Origin: a virus
Lineage: Duplodnaviria > Caudoviricetes
Strand: one strand, 5' to 3'
Length of the DNA stretch: 64,000 bases
Virus record (IMG/VR): IMGVR_UViG_2974692648_000001
Span: 64,001-128,000 of that record
Shown one piece after another: positions 48,428-58,725 of the stretch; positions within the stretch are counted from its first letter, which is position 1; each line of letters starts with the position of its first letter. The notes under the pieces were generated by a model that did no database searches, was not told the origin of the DNA, and saw only the letters and a list, made by a program, of their open reading frames with translations. The position numbers and the translations under genes are program-made.

Positions 48428-49987
48428 ATGTTATACCAAGCTTCTGAAACTACCACTATCAAAGATGAAGTTGTTAGAAAAGTTACCGGAACCGTTATCT
48501 CCACGATGGGTCCCGATGGTAAATTTGTGTTATGTGACAAAAGCGGTATCCCACATCCCACTAAAGATGGTGTGACCGCAGCGAAAGCCATGCGCTTCGA
48601 TGAACCACCAAAGGACTTGATCGCGTCGATGATCGCCGAGTGCTGTCTGCGCACCGACAAGATTTGTGGTGACGGAACCACCACTACTGCTTTCTTATTG
48701 CGTGAGATTTACAATCGCTTCAAGTTTAAATGTGATTTCCGTAATAAGAAGTTGATCAATAAGTACTCTCAAGAAATCGTAGGCATTTTAAAACAATTGT
48801 CTGTCCAAGTTAACATCGATTCAGATTTACTGCGTCAAGTTATGATGACTACCAGTAATAACGACGAACGTATCGTTGACAAAGTTCTAGAGATCTACGC
48901 CGAGCATCCACACTTGCCGGATTTAGATTTACGTGAAGCAAATGACGACAAGGACCAAATTCAATCCAACACGGGTTGTAGTTGGCCGGGTGGTTTTGGG
49001 TCTCCTGAGTTCTCTAACCTAGGTACTGGTGCGCCAGAACACTTTGACCAAAAAGACCAATATCGACCAATCTTACTTTCAGGTGAATTGAACGGGTTGG
49101 CTGATAAAGCAAGTTTGGATAAGTTTATTGGTTACACCAAAGAGTATGTTGCAGCTGGCGGTACGTACTTAATCTTTTGTCGTAGCACCGAGGGTGTGAG
49201 CGAAAATGCCATTAAAGCGATGAACTCACATGTAGGTCGTATCGCGTACAAAGTGGTGACTATCCGTGCAGCTGGTTCTTCTGGTGTTTCACTAATGAAT
49301 GACATTGCAACAGTCATGGGTGCTAAGATGTACACTGAGTTGGTAGCTGACCATCCTGAGTACCGTGTGGCTAAAGAGTACCCTATTGTCCATATCTCCA
49401 GTGCGGCGGTTACGATTGTAGGGTTTTCTGAAGAACATGACAAACAACTGGATGCGGCGATCAAAGAGGTGAACCGTACCTTAGCTGATCTAAACGTGGA
49501 TCAACGTCATTCAGCATTAGGTCGCATCGTTGAATCTCGCTTGCGTATTTTATCTGGCGGTTCCGTAACACTTTATGTGGGTGGTTTGACTGAGTCTGAC
49601 ATTCGTGAACGTAAAGACCGTTTTGAAGACGTTGGTCGCGTTTGTAAATCTGCGCTCCGTAATGGTGTATTGCAAGGTTGTGGTTACTCATTGGTAATGG
49701 CATCTAAAATCTTAGAAGCTAAATACCCTAAGTGTGACATCGCTCAAGACTTTGTTTCTATTCTGAAGCAGCAAACACAATATCTGATGAAAACAGATTA
49801 CGTGGATGGTATGACTTTCGTTAACCTAGCAACAGGGGAAGAAGGTAAAGAGCCAGGTGAGATCGGTATCTGGGATGCGGCGTTAGCGACGATCACTGCA
49901 TTAGAAGCAGCGGTTTCTATGGCTATTATGTTGATCGACACTGACTCTATGATTCTTAACTCACGCCTTAGTGAACTTCGTTTCTAA
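48428..49987 (+). CDS. groEL: GroEL-like phage chaperonin
   Basis: TMGPDG, TKDGVT, GDGTTT, ERKDRFED and GIWD motifs; 519 aa. Confidence 0.9.
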   Translation: MLYQASETTTIKDEVVRKVTGTVISTMGPDGKFVLCDKSGIPHPTKDGVTAAKAMRFDEPPKDLIASMIAECCLRTDKICGDGTTTTAFLLREIYNRFKFKCDFRNKKLINKYSQEIVGILKQLSVQVNIDSDLLRQVMMTTSNNDERIVDKVLEIYAEHPHLPDLDLREANDDKDQIQSNTGCSWPGGFGSPEFSNLGTGAPEHFDQKDQYRPILLSGELNGLADKASLDKFIGYTKEYVAAGGTYLIFCRSTEGVSENAIKAMNSHVGRIAYKVVTIRAAGSSGVSLMNDIATVMGAKMYTELVADHPEYRVAKEYPIVHISSAAVTIVGFSEEHDKQLDAAIKEVNRTLADLNVDQRHSALGRIVESRLRILSGGSVTLYVGGLTESDIRERKDRFEDVGRVCKSALRNGVLQGCGYSLVMASKILEAKYPKCDIAQDFVSILKQQTQYLMKTDYVDGMTFVNLATGEEGKEPGEIGIWDAALATITALEAAVSMAIMLIDTDSMILNSRLSELRF

Positions 49988-49996
49988 ATAAAAAGA

Positions 49997-50024
49997 TATG
50001 TGGACTCCTACGGGGGTCCACATA
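49997..50024 (+). terminator. intrinsic terminator
   Basis: TATGTGGACTCC-TACG-GGGGTCCACATA. Confidence 0.7.
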
Positions 50025-50054
50025 CTTTAGATCATTATTTTTTTAAGGTAATCT

Positions 50055-50429
50055 ATGTTAAAGAAACTTTACTTATGGTTACGTGAAAAGGTGGCGGGTG
50101 AGGAACTAAGAGAATTAGCTGAGTTGAAGAAAAGACTTGGTGAGGCACGTTCCTATATGCGGGAAGACCCAAGAGTGGTCGACACGGTTGATTGGATAAG
50201 TGGTAAGAACAAATCCGACATCCGAGGCTTCCGTGACCACTATCGTTTTAAATACACCGCCATAGCTCGTTCGTTACCTAATTTAAAATACTCCCGGGAA
50301 GAACTGATCAAGTCTCAACCCAAGTATTACCGAACACGCGATACCTCTGAATTAACTTCCGGGTCACCTAGCCTGACTATCAACGATGAACTCGGTTCAT
50401 CCAATGTCGTCCCGTTCCCAAGGGATTGA
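50055..50429 (+). CDS. hypothetical protein
   Basis: 124 aa; paralog of the next gene. Confidence 0.7.
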   Translation: MLKKLYLWLREKVAGEELRELAELKKRLGEARSYMREDPRVVDTVDWISGKNKSDIRGFRDHYRFKYTAIARSLPNLKYSREELIKSQPKYYRTRDTSELTSGSPSLTINDELGSSNVVPFPRD

Positions 50430-50457
50430 GTTATAAATAAAAAAGAAAGGAATAAAC

Positions 50458-50937
50458 ATGAACTGGTTTAAACGTTTTATTAAACTTAAAGTAGCGAAAA
50501 AAGAAATCCAACGTTTATGGGTTTTGGAACAACGTATCCGAGATATGGAAGCTTGGCTATCTACGGAACCTAAGTTAGTGCGTGCCGCTGAGTGGTTAAA
50601 GGAAAAAGATAACCCGAAATCGATCTCAGACTTCCGAACTCAGTTTGAAGCAGAGTTTGGTAGCAATCGCACGGTACAACATAGACAACAAGCAAACTCC
50701 CCTAAGCGTAGTACGCCAAGCCAAACGCTAAGAAACAACCCATCCCGTACAAGACACGACCAAGACCACCTCGGAACCGTAGTAACTCAGCACCAACATC
50801 ATCACTACCACGATGAGAGTACTTGCCACTCCAATACTCGAAGTGAGTGTGATCGTTCACCTGAACCAACTCCTGTTCGTGATGAACCATCTGGGTCTTG
50901 TAACAACCAATCAAGTATGGACACGTCTTATGATTAA
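50458..50937 (+). CDS. hypothetical protein with low-complexity tail
   Basis: 159 aa, AAGGA RBS. Confidence 0.7.
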   Translation: MNWFKRFIKLKVAKKEIQRLWVLEQRIRDMEAWLSTEPKLVRAAEWLKEKDNPKSISDFRTQFEAEFGSNRTVQHRQQANSPKRSTPSQTLRNNPSRTRHDQDHLGTVVTQHQHHHYHDESTCHSNTRSECDRSPEPTPVRDEPSGSCNNQSSMDTSYD

Positions 50938-51232
50938 CATGGAAATGGTTTTTAATAGGTTAGGGTTAAAGGGTGCTTATGATGTACTCAATAACGATCG
51001 TGACTTATTCCGAATAGTAATAATCATTACCGTTGGTAATGTCTTTCATGTTTGTGGACTTCCTTCAGTGAAAGGAGGTTTGGCAATAGGAATACTGTAC
51101 GGCTTGGCAGTTGCTTCTTTTGTGACTCGACCTTACGAACCAGATAGCAATTGGTTTACCATGGGAAGAATCATCGGGTCCTTTATAGCAGGTCTAGGTA
51201 TTTGGCATTTCTTGGATTGGGTGTTATATTGA
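50930..51232 (+). CDS. small membrane protein
   Basis: ORF 50813..51232; three hydrophobic segments; start probably 50930 or 50939. Confidence 0.6.
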   Translation: MINMEMVFNRLGLKGAYDVLNNDRDLFRIVIIITVGNVFHVCGLPSVKGGLAIGILYGLAVASFVTRPYEPDSNWFTMGRIIGSFIAGLGIWHFLDWVLY

Positions 51233-51369
51233 ACAAAACAACTTATTGGGCCCTGAATTGTATCGGGGCCTTCGTCTTTGTTGGAGTGGTGGTGATGGGT
51301 CTCATCATCGCTCCTTTCTTTTTTATTTATCGACAACTAACTAAAACGAAAAAGGCAACACATGTCTAA
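51229..51369 (+). CDS. small membrane protein
   Basis: ORF 51151..51369; probable TTG 51229 overlapping the previous stop; hydrophobic core and basic tail. Confidence 0.5.
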   Translation: MNKTTYWALNCIGAFVFVGVVVMGLIIAPFFFIYRQLTKTKKATHV

Positions 51370-51958
51370 AATTTATTTTTATACAAGTGCGATGTCTTCT
51401 GGTAAAACAACTACAGCCATCCAAACGGCTTACAATTACCAAGAGCGCGGTATGACACCTTATGTCTTAAAACCGGTGGTTGATACTCGAGACGGTTGCC
51501 CTCGTACTTTAACCAGTCGCAGTGGTGCTAAATGGGATAACTGCATTCCTTTCCCTAAAGAAGGGATGGGTGAAATGGAACTTTGGTTACGTAACCCGGA
51601 TCAGCGTCCAGATGTCATCATTATTGATGAAGTCCAGTTTATTAGTGAAGAACAAATCGCGGGATTGGCGGAGTTAACCCGTGAACTCGGAATTCCTTTG
51701 TTGTGTTACGGACTGCGTAATAACTTCCAGGGTGGTGGATTCCCTGCGAGTGATTGGTTGTTGAGACATGCTTCTAGCATCAACATTGTGAAGGGAATGT
51801 GTTGGTGCGGTAAGAACGCGACACATAACTTAATGGTGGTTGACGGGAAACCTTATTACGGAGCTCCTGGTGAATCCACCGTAGTAGTGGGTGGTAACGA
51901 AACTTACCATGCGGTGTGTTTCACCCACTTTAAGTCGGGAACTCACAAAAAGTCTTAA
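51362..51958 (+). CDS. tdk: thymidine kinase
   Basis: SAMSSGKTT, IIIDEVQF, CYGLR..F, CWCG, GGNETYHAVC. Confidence 0.93.
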   Translation: MSKIYFYTSAMSSGKTTTAIQTAYNYQERGMTPYVLKPVVDTRDGCPRTLTSRSGAKWDNCIPFPKEGMGEMELWLRNPDQRPDVIIIDEVQFISEEQIAGLAELTRELGIPLLCYGLRNNFQGGGFPASDWLLRHASSINIVKGMCWCGKNATHNLMVVDGKPYYGAPGESTVVVGGNETYHAVCFTHFKSGTHKKS

Positions 51959-52016
51959 CACTCCGGAATGCTATGGAGGTTCATGAGGAACCTCTTTAGT
52001 TAATCAAGGAGATGCC

Positions 52017-53201
52017 ATGAAAGACGTAAGACAAATGCTCATTAATCGAATGAGTGAAGTCCATATCCGTAATGCGATGGAAACAGGAGATCCAGCTAAA
52101 ATAGAGCAAGCTAACACGTTGTTTAAAGACTTGTTAGTGGAAGAAGTAACAATCAGTAACATCGAAGAAGTAGGTCGTGGTACTCAGCGTTACCGTGCGG
52201 ATATCGATCTTAGCCAACGTGGGGGTTCGGTGATCAAGCAGTACTGGTCACCGGCTAATCCTACCGAGGCTCTAATCGAATTATACGAAACGGGAGAATA
52301 TTCTCAGAACGGGGATAACGTGACCAAAATACGTCTGAGTAGTAAAGCTGCGTTTCTGCATTACTTTAATACTCATGATTTGATGACCCTGACTACTACT
52401 GGTTATTTGTCTCAAACCGAACTTGAAACCCTTTTCCCTTTTGATCCTCAAGACGTGCGTGTAGAAAACTTCGGCGACTACATCAATTTTGACGGTCCTT
52501 TCATCAGTGGTCGCATGATAGTGCGTGATGGTAAAGAAGGGATATTGACTGGGACCCACGACCCGGTGGACGTTCGCATTTGGACAGAGGATGAAAACGG
52601 GGATAAGGAAGTGGTGTTGGGTGACGTGAACTACTTCCCGGTCGGTCATAACGTGGATGCTAAGTTCCGCATTTATCTGGAGGACTCACCAGATTATCAA
52701 AGCGGTGACACATTTACGGTTTCTTATACTGGAGACTACCGACCTCTTGAAAAAGATACCCTAACTTATCAACAAGGTCAACCTTTAGAGATCCCTACCG
52801 ATGAACGTATGGTACCTGGACAAATTATCCAGTTCACTATCACCGGTAAGGGTGGGTTTAGTTGTATGGTGAGTGGTGTTGTGGTGGTTGCGCACGCTTA
52901 CACCTATACCCCAGATGGACGTATAGATATTGAAGTCACTTACCCTGAGGTCATCACTGGTAGTTTGGTATTTAAGGGTAAACCTGAACAAACTTGGTAC
53001 GTTCCTGAGGACGACCAACCACCTGGCATGTATCTCTACGATCGTGGACGCTTCGTGCACTTTGTTCCTATGGACGACACCACACTAAACGACTTTGAAC
53101 TACCTTTACTCGAGCCTGGAAAATACGGTATGTACTTCCGTTCACCGGGTAGTTACAAGAATACCTTTGGAGGACTTTTGACGGTTAACGCCCCAGAATA
53201 A
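52017..53201 (+). CDS. putative virion protein (shared N-terminal domain family)
   Basis: 394 aa; N-terminus paralogous to 53272..57798; beta-rich C-terminus; TATG upstream. Confidence 0.65.
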   Translation: MKDVRQMLINRMSEVHIRNAMETGDPAKIEQANTLFKDLLVEEVTISNIEEVGRGTQRYRADIDLSQRGGSVIKQYWSPANPTEALIELYETGEYSQNGDNVTKIRLSSKAAFLHYFNTHDLMTLTTTGYLSQTELETLFPFDPQDVRVENFGDYINFDGPFISGRMIVRDGKEGILTGTHDPVDVRIWTEDENGDKEVVLGDVNYFPVGHNVDAKFRIYLEDSPDYQSGDTFTVSYTGDYRPLEKDTLTYQQGQPLEIPTDERMVPGQIIQFTITGKGGFSCMVSGVVVVAHAYTYTPDGRIDIEVTYPEVITGSLVFKGKPEQTWYVPEDDQPPGMYLYDRGRFVHFVPMDDTTLNDFELPLLEPGKYGMYFRSPGSYKNTFGGLLTVNAPE

Positions 53202-53271
53202 CTCCTTAATTTTTTGTCATTTTATGAGCGGGGGTCCGTCCCCGCTCATTTTTGACGCATGCTAAGGAAAC

Positions 53272-56200
53272 ATGATGAAACATATTCGACAAATCCTGTT
53301 GGACAAAACCGCACTGATTCGAATCAGTTACGCTGAGTCCCAAGGTGACCCGGCGGAGATCGCTTTAGCTAAATCCCGCTTCGACGGTCTGATGGACGAC
53401 GAGGTCCAGTTTCTAAGTATTAAAGAACGTTACGAAGGTGCCGGTACTTTCATCGGTGAAATCAAATTAACTGGCCGTGATGGGTTTGAATTCGTTCAAG
53501 AATGGTCCCCGGGTGATACCGTTCCAGTATTAAGTAAGAAAGAACGCATTAAGGTCCCTAACCTAGAAGTATTCCGTAATATCGTTATTCCTGGACTTTA
53601 TTACGTTGAAGACATTGCCGAACTATGTTTGGTAGTAAAAGAGTCCATGTCAATCCTGGATATCCAGAAGCTATTAGGTTTTGAATTTGACCCAGGTGAA
53701 CTAGAAGTTCGCTTGAGTCACTTAAAGGTACAGTCCCCTATCGTGGACGGCACGTTACCCCTTAAAACAGTGACACCTAATCCAGACGGTACTATGACTG
53801 ACGGGACAGGTATTAATATTACGGACTCTTCTGTTGAAGGTAATATTTTGCCAGCCAACCCATACGCCCCTACTCAATACATTACTGTGGAACGAGTAGG
53901 TAGTGAACCGGTAATGTCGGCAGAAATTGATAAAGCTTTTAAAGCTGAATTCGTTGGCACGTACCGTCAAGGTGAGATCATCGAAGGGACTCTAGGTGAA
54001 GATAACACTTTCAACTTAGACTTGGACCTTAAGAATCAACAAACCGACGATTTACAGATGATCGTTTCTGTAGGTCTAGACCGTGATAAACTTACCGATG
54101 TTTACTCAGTCACTTATATTGACGAACATTGGACTATTGGTGAAGTCACCACACCAGTAGAGTTAACTCGTGTTGGACACCCTTTCCGTATTGCAGGTCA
54201 TGTGGTCGGGGACTTTGGACGCACACCTTGGGGTGACGAACTCCATGAACCTAAGATCATCATTGAAGAAGTTGATCAAGAACCGGTTGTGGTTCAATTC
54301 GACACAAACGGGATGTTTGATATTCAACACACCCCAGTAGTGGCGGGTGACATGACCATTAAATTTGTTTGTGGTCTTCCTCAAGATCTGAACGTATTCT
54401 CTGAAACACATCAGATCCTTGCTGCATTGTCAGTCGACGATCTCGTCTTAGGTCCTTTGACTGCGGATAAAACCGAAGTAAGAGCTGATGAGTTAGTCAC
54501 ACTCACCAGCACACTGCGTTCATCAGACGGACTAACCCTTACCGATACCCCAGTGGACTTTATCGTTGACGACCAAGTAACCAGTCAACTATTCGCCTCT
54601 CCGGAAGGTGTATTAGAACACATTTACGATGTAGAGAACGATACTCTGGATCCCGTAACTTACGCTGTTAAATTACGACTTGGTACCGATGAGAGCAATG
54701 TGATTACGATTACGGTTCAACCATCTGATCAAGTCCCTGGTCGTTTTGAAATTATCAACGACCAAGGTGAGTTATTTAAAGAAGGTGAGTTGCGCTTCCG
54801 TATTTACGACACGGTAGATCGTCCTATGGTCGGTACTAGCGGTACTTGGTTCCGCGAAGGTGGCGCACCTAAAGCTTACGCTGTGGACGGTGAAGAATAC
54901 GTAGCTACGCTAGATTCTCCGGTTGACGTTGAAAACACTGTGGTTGAATCAATCACATTAAAATGTCAATCACTAGAAACTCCAGTAGACTTCACCTGGA
55001 ATTTGGTTCGTCGTTTCGATGAAGTGTTCTTAGAACCTGATAACCCAACGACTGGTGTAACTGACGACACCATTACCTTAACAGGTAAAACCTTGGATCA
55101 AATCGATGACCCAGTGGGCAATGTTCCATTAGTGTTTAAAACTGATGGTCTTAAGGTCTCTGACATCACATCCAACGAACTGGGTGTGTTCAGTGTGGAA
55201 GTAAGTGAGAGTGATGAAGCGGAACATCTATATTCGTTTATTGGTGAGAACGATATCGGTGCTTCTTTAGCAGTAACCTGGGCAAAAGTTCACCAACTAA
55301 CTTCTATTGACTTGACTAGTCCTACTACAGTAAGTCTCTTTACTGATGAAACCTTCCAGGTTACCGGTAGACTGTTGGATCAGTATTCAGAGAACCTAGT
55401 AGGTGAAACTGTGACGTTAGAGTTCCCTGACGGTTATACTGAACAACAAGTTACAACCGAGTCGGGCTTTAGCTTCACAGCGACTTACCGTGATAACGGT
55501 TCCCTATCGCACACCATTAACGTTAAGGCTGGAGAGTTCACCACCCCAATTAATGTGACTTGGGAAGTTAAGAGTGAACCTATCATCGCTAACCTTACCG
55601 TGGTTCCTAACACGGTAGATATTGGTGAAGATTACACCGTGACTGGTGAAATCGAAGTCAACTACCCTCACGATTGGTCAAGCACTCGTGTTGCTATCAC
55701 CAACGATGCAGGTGAAACAACTAACGTGACTTGTGCGACTGATGGTACGTTTACTTATACCGGTACTGCAAGTGCGCAAGGAACCCACCAGATCAGTGCT
55801 GATGCTGTGGACGTAGTAACACCTGAAGAAGCCATCACGTTAACTGTTCGTGAACCTCGTGTCCCGACCGCTATTAACGTTCTTAACCTACCTGAGAGTG
55901 CAAATACTTTTGAAGGTCAAACCGCTACTATTACAGGTAACGTACTAGATCAAGAAAGTGAAGTCATTGATACTGAAGTCACTGCAACCCTTGACGGGAC
56001 ACCATTGACCAACACCGCGGTAGAACCTGGAACGTTCAGCTTTGACGCTACTCACGACGGCGTAGGTACCGCAGTGATGACAATCAGTGCTGGTGATGTG
56101 ACACGTGATGTAACAATTACATGGCGTGCAGTCACTTACGAATTCACTAACGTTAAGATGTTAGAAGAATCCGTGCTTCAGGGCGAAGCGTTTGGCTTCC

Positions 56201-57798
56201 AAGGCACTTTGTTCAGTGAAGGCGGTGGTAACGTAGCCGGTAAGACTATCGAAGTATTAGATAGTTCTAACAATCCACTGACTACCGTGGTTACTGAACC
56301 TGATGGTTCTTACTCTGGCACTTACACGTCCAACACCCCTGGTGCGCTGGCGGTTAAATTCCGTTACGGTACGGTAGAGAGTGGACAGTACACGGTAATT
56401 ATCCGTGAGATCATGGTACCGACTACGGTTTCAATCAACACTGATCCTAAGACCTCAGACATTAACCAATCAGTCACTTTCGCTGGCCTAGTTAAAGACC
56501 AGAAAGGTAACATTATGGTTGGTGTGTTAGCTGAACTTAAAGAAGGTGGCACGACACTGGCTTCACAGGAAACGTTGTTCAACGGTCGCTTTAGCATCGA
56601 TCACACTGAAACCGATGCAGGTGTTAAAACTTACACTGTTAAGGTTGGTGATGTTACTCACGACATCCAAGTTACTTGGGTTGATCCTAACTTAGTTACT
56701 GAAATCAATCAAATCGCACCAATCGATAACGACGTAGTAGCGGGTGAAGAACTTAGTGTAACAGTAGAAATGTTAAACTCTTCAGGTGATGTGGTTTCAA
56801 GTAAAGAACCAACGTTCACTTACACTGGTGCAGCGACTCCGACTCAAGCTGGTAATGTGTTCACCATCACTGAAACCGAAGCAGCAACCGCTACCTTGAC
56901 GGTGAGTGCGGACGGTGTAGACCTTCCAATCGAACTAACATGGTCAGCTCCTCCAGCGGTTTACAGTACTATCGAGGTAGTCTCAGGTGAAACTACGGGT
57001 ACGACAGGTGAATCAGTTTCAGTTAAGATCGTGACTAAAGACCAAAACGGTGATCCAATGTCTAACCAAGCGGTTACTTGGAATACCGGTGGTGCGCCAT
57101 TCCCAGTTAGCTTTACTGACGGAAACGGTGAACTCACATTCAGCTTCAGCTCTGAGGATGAAGGTGCGGTAACGTATAACTTCTCAGGTGGTGCTGGTGT
57201 AACTGGTACTTCACACACCATCACTTGGGCAAACCCAGCTCCCGTTTACAGTGCTATTGAGTTAGTGTCTGGTGCAACAACTGGAGAAGTAGGCACACCT
57301 ACGGAAGTCGTTATTCGTACCGTGGATCAAAACGGCAACCCAATGGCGGATCAATCAGTATCGTGGAATACTGGTGGAATCCCATTCCCGACATCGACTT
57401 CAGACTCAGAAGGTAAGATCGTTTATAATTTTGAGTCAGAAGAAGCCAAAGAAGTTACCTATAACTTCAGCGGTGGCACTGGTGTGACCAAACTCAACCA
57501 CACCATCACGTGGTCTGAACCTACTCCGGTTTACACAGGCATTGATGTTCAACACGGTAATCTGGATGTCGCGGCGGGTGAAACAGTAACCTTCACTATC
57601 ACTACTCTTGACCAGAATGGACAACCAATGGATCAAGAACAAGTGGTGATGTACGACGGCAACATGACTTGGCCGGCTCGTACCTCTAATCTAGAAGGTG
57701 TGGTCGTGTTTGAGTTTACGGAAGCCGAAGCTAAGAGTGTGACCTACGCCTTCCTAGGTGGAGACGATCGTAAAGAGTACACCGTAACTTGGAGTTAA
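53272..57798 (+). CDS. large Ig-like (Big) repeat protein, probably virion-displayed
   Basis: 1508 aa, acidic and Thr/Val-rich; ~95 aa repeats with DQNG.PM and ...TITW; three closely similar C-terminal repeats. Confidence 0.75.
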   Translation: MMKHIRQILLDKTALIRISYAESQGDPAEIALAKSRFDGLMDDEVQFLSIKERYEGAGTFIGEIKLTGRDGFEFVQEWSPGDTVPVLSKKERIKVPNLEVFRNIVIPGLYYVEDIAELCLVVKESMSILDIQKLLGFEFDPGELEVRLSHLKVQSPIVDGTLPLKTVTPNPDGTMTDGTGINITDSSVEGNILPANPYAPTQYITVERVGSEPVMSAEIDKAFKAEFVGTYRQGEIIEGTLGEDNTFNLDLDLKNQQTDDLQMIVSVGLDRDKLTDVYSVTYIDEHWTIGEVTTPVELTRVGHPFRIAGHVVGDFGRTPWGDELHEPKIIIEEVDQEPVVVQFDTNGMFDIQHTPVVAGDMTIKFVCGLPQDLNVFSETHQILAALSVDDLVLGPLTADKTEVRADELVTLTSTLRSSDGLTLTDTPVDFIVDDQVTSQLFASPEGVLEHIYDVENDTLDPVTYAVKLRLGTDESNVITITVQPSDQVPGRFEIINDQGELFKEGELRFRIYDTVDRPMVGTSGTWFREGGAPKAYAVDGEEYVATLDSPVDVENTVVESITLKCQSLETPVDFTWNLVRRFDEVFLEPDNPTTGVTDDTITLTGKTLDQIDDPVGNVPLVFKTDGLKVSDITSNELGVFSVEVSESDEAEHLYSFIGENDIGASLAVTWAKVHQLTSIDLTSPTTVSLFTDETFQVTGRLLDQYSENLVGETVTLEFPDGYTEQQVTTESGFSFTATYRDNGSLSHTINVKAGEFTTPINVTWEVKSEPIIANLTVVPNTVDIGEDYTVTGEIEVNYPHDWSSTRVAITNDAGETTNVTCATDGTFTYTGTASAQGTHQISADAVDVVTPEEAITLTVREPRVPTAINVLNLPESANTFEGQTATITGNVLDQESEVIDTEVTATLDGTPLTNTAVEPGTFSFDATHDGVGTAVMTISAGDVTRDVTITWRAVTYEFTNVKMLEESVLQGEAFGFQGTLFSEGGGNVAGKTIEVLDSSNNPLTTVVTEPDGSYSGTYTSNTPGALAVKFRYGTVESGQYTVIIREIMVPTTVSINTDPKTSDINQSVTFAGLVKDQKGNIMVGVLAELKEGGTTLASQETLFNGRFSIDHTETDAGVKTYTVKVGDVTHDIQVTWVDPNLVTEINQIAPIDNDVVAGEELSVTVEMLNSSGDVVSSKEPTFTYTGAATPTQAGNVFTITETEAATATLTVSADGVDLPIELTWSAPPAVYSTIEVVSGETTGTTGESVSVKIVTKDQNGDPMSNQAVTWNTGGAPFPVSFTDGNGELTFSFSSEDEGAVTYNFSGGAGVTGTSHTITWANPAPVYSAIELVSGATTGEVGTPTEVVIRTVDQNGNPMADQSVSWNTGGIPFPTSTSDSEGKIVYNFESEEAKEVTYNFSGGTGVTKLNHTITWSEPTPVYTGIDVQHGNLDVAAGETVTFTITTLDQNGQPMDQEQVVMYDGNMTWPARTSNLEGVVVFEFTEAEAKSVTYAFLGGDDRKEYTVTWS

Positions 57799-57826
57799 CT
57801 CTAAATCAAAATAATTAAAATAAGAA

Positions 57827-57859
57827 ATATAAAGCGGACTAAACATCCGCTTTATATTA
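57827..57859 (+). terminator. stem-loop terminator
   Basis: AATATAAAGCGGA-CTAAACA-TCCGCTTTATATT. Confidence 0.65.
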
Positions 57860-57866
57860 TTTCGAG

Positions 57867-57885
57867 TCTATATCATAAGAGTGTA
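57867..57885 (+). promoter_or_regulatory. putative early promoter
   Basis: TCTATATCATAAGAGTGTA. Confidence 0.5.
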
Positions 57886-57907
57886 AGGGAAACTTAATTA
57901 AGCTTTT

Positions 57908-58678
57908 ATGAGTAAGGAAATGTCTATGCAACATCAACGTTATTGTCATGACTTCCAGAAGTTAATGGTCTCTTTGTCATGGCTAGGGCAAATTATGGGT
58001 TACGTGGAAGTGTTCGATGAATACCGAGACCGTAAACTCATTAGTACCGACCATGTGTCGTTTGGCATACACCATGAAAACCAATACGCTTCGTTCTTCT
58101 TTGTAGATGAAGATGGTAAGTATCATGAAGTCACTCTGAATGATAAAGGTCGTGTCCCGGCTGTTAAAGTGGTTCAAGAACTCCGCACACTTATTTTAAA
58201 TCAACCGGAATTATTCCGATTGTTAGCAGAGAACGCTGAATCACTTAATTCATTAGTCATCAAAGTGGTAGGGGAAACCATGAAACTCCACAGCGATGAC
58301 TTAGCCAGTAAGTTACTACGATATGGACTGAGTGATTACCAAAAGCTCCTGGATGAAGATCTAAAGGACTTTAGCAGTAATTGGATGTCTTTATGGGTGT
58401 GGTTCTTCACACTCCCTCATATCGCCGCAGAGTTCGATTTAAAGCTAGATGAATCGATCACGTTAACTTATTGTATGATTCGTCCTCGTTCCAGAGAGTA
58501 TTGTGAAACAAAAGTTCAAATGGTTCATACCGAGTTAGATAACTTTTACGTCACGTTACACTTTGAAACGATCAATACCAACAACAGCGCCATCGTGTAC
58601 AAACATTTGGATCCAACGTTCTGGGACGATAATCGTCTGGATTCATTTGAACTCATCCAACATCTATATCAAGGTTAA
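57908..58678 (+). CDS. hypothetical protein
   Basis: 256 aa ORF. Confidence 0.7.
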   Translation: MSKEMSMQHQRYCHDFQKLMVSLSWLGQIMGYVEVFDEYRDRKLISTDHVSFGIHHENQYASFFFVDEDGKYHEVTLNDKGRVPAVKVVQELRTLILNQPELFRLLAENAESLNSLVIKVVGETMKLHSDDLASKLLRYGLSDYQKLLDEDLKDFSSNWMSLWVWFFTLPHIAAEFDLKLDESITLTYCMIRPRSREYCETKVQMVHTELDNFYVTLHFETINTNNSAIVYKHLDPTFWDDNRLDSFELIQHLYQG

Positions 58679-58725
58679 CGACTAAGGGTGTCTTCGGACA
58701 CCTTTAGTTACTTACCGGAGTCAGT

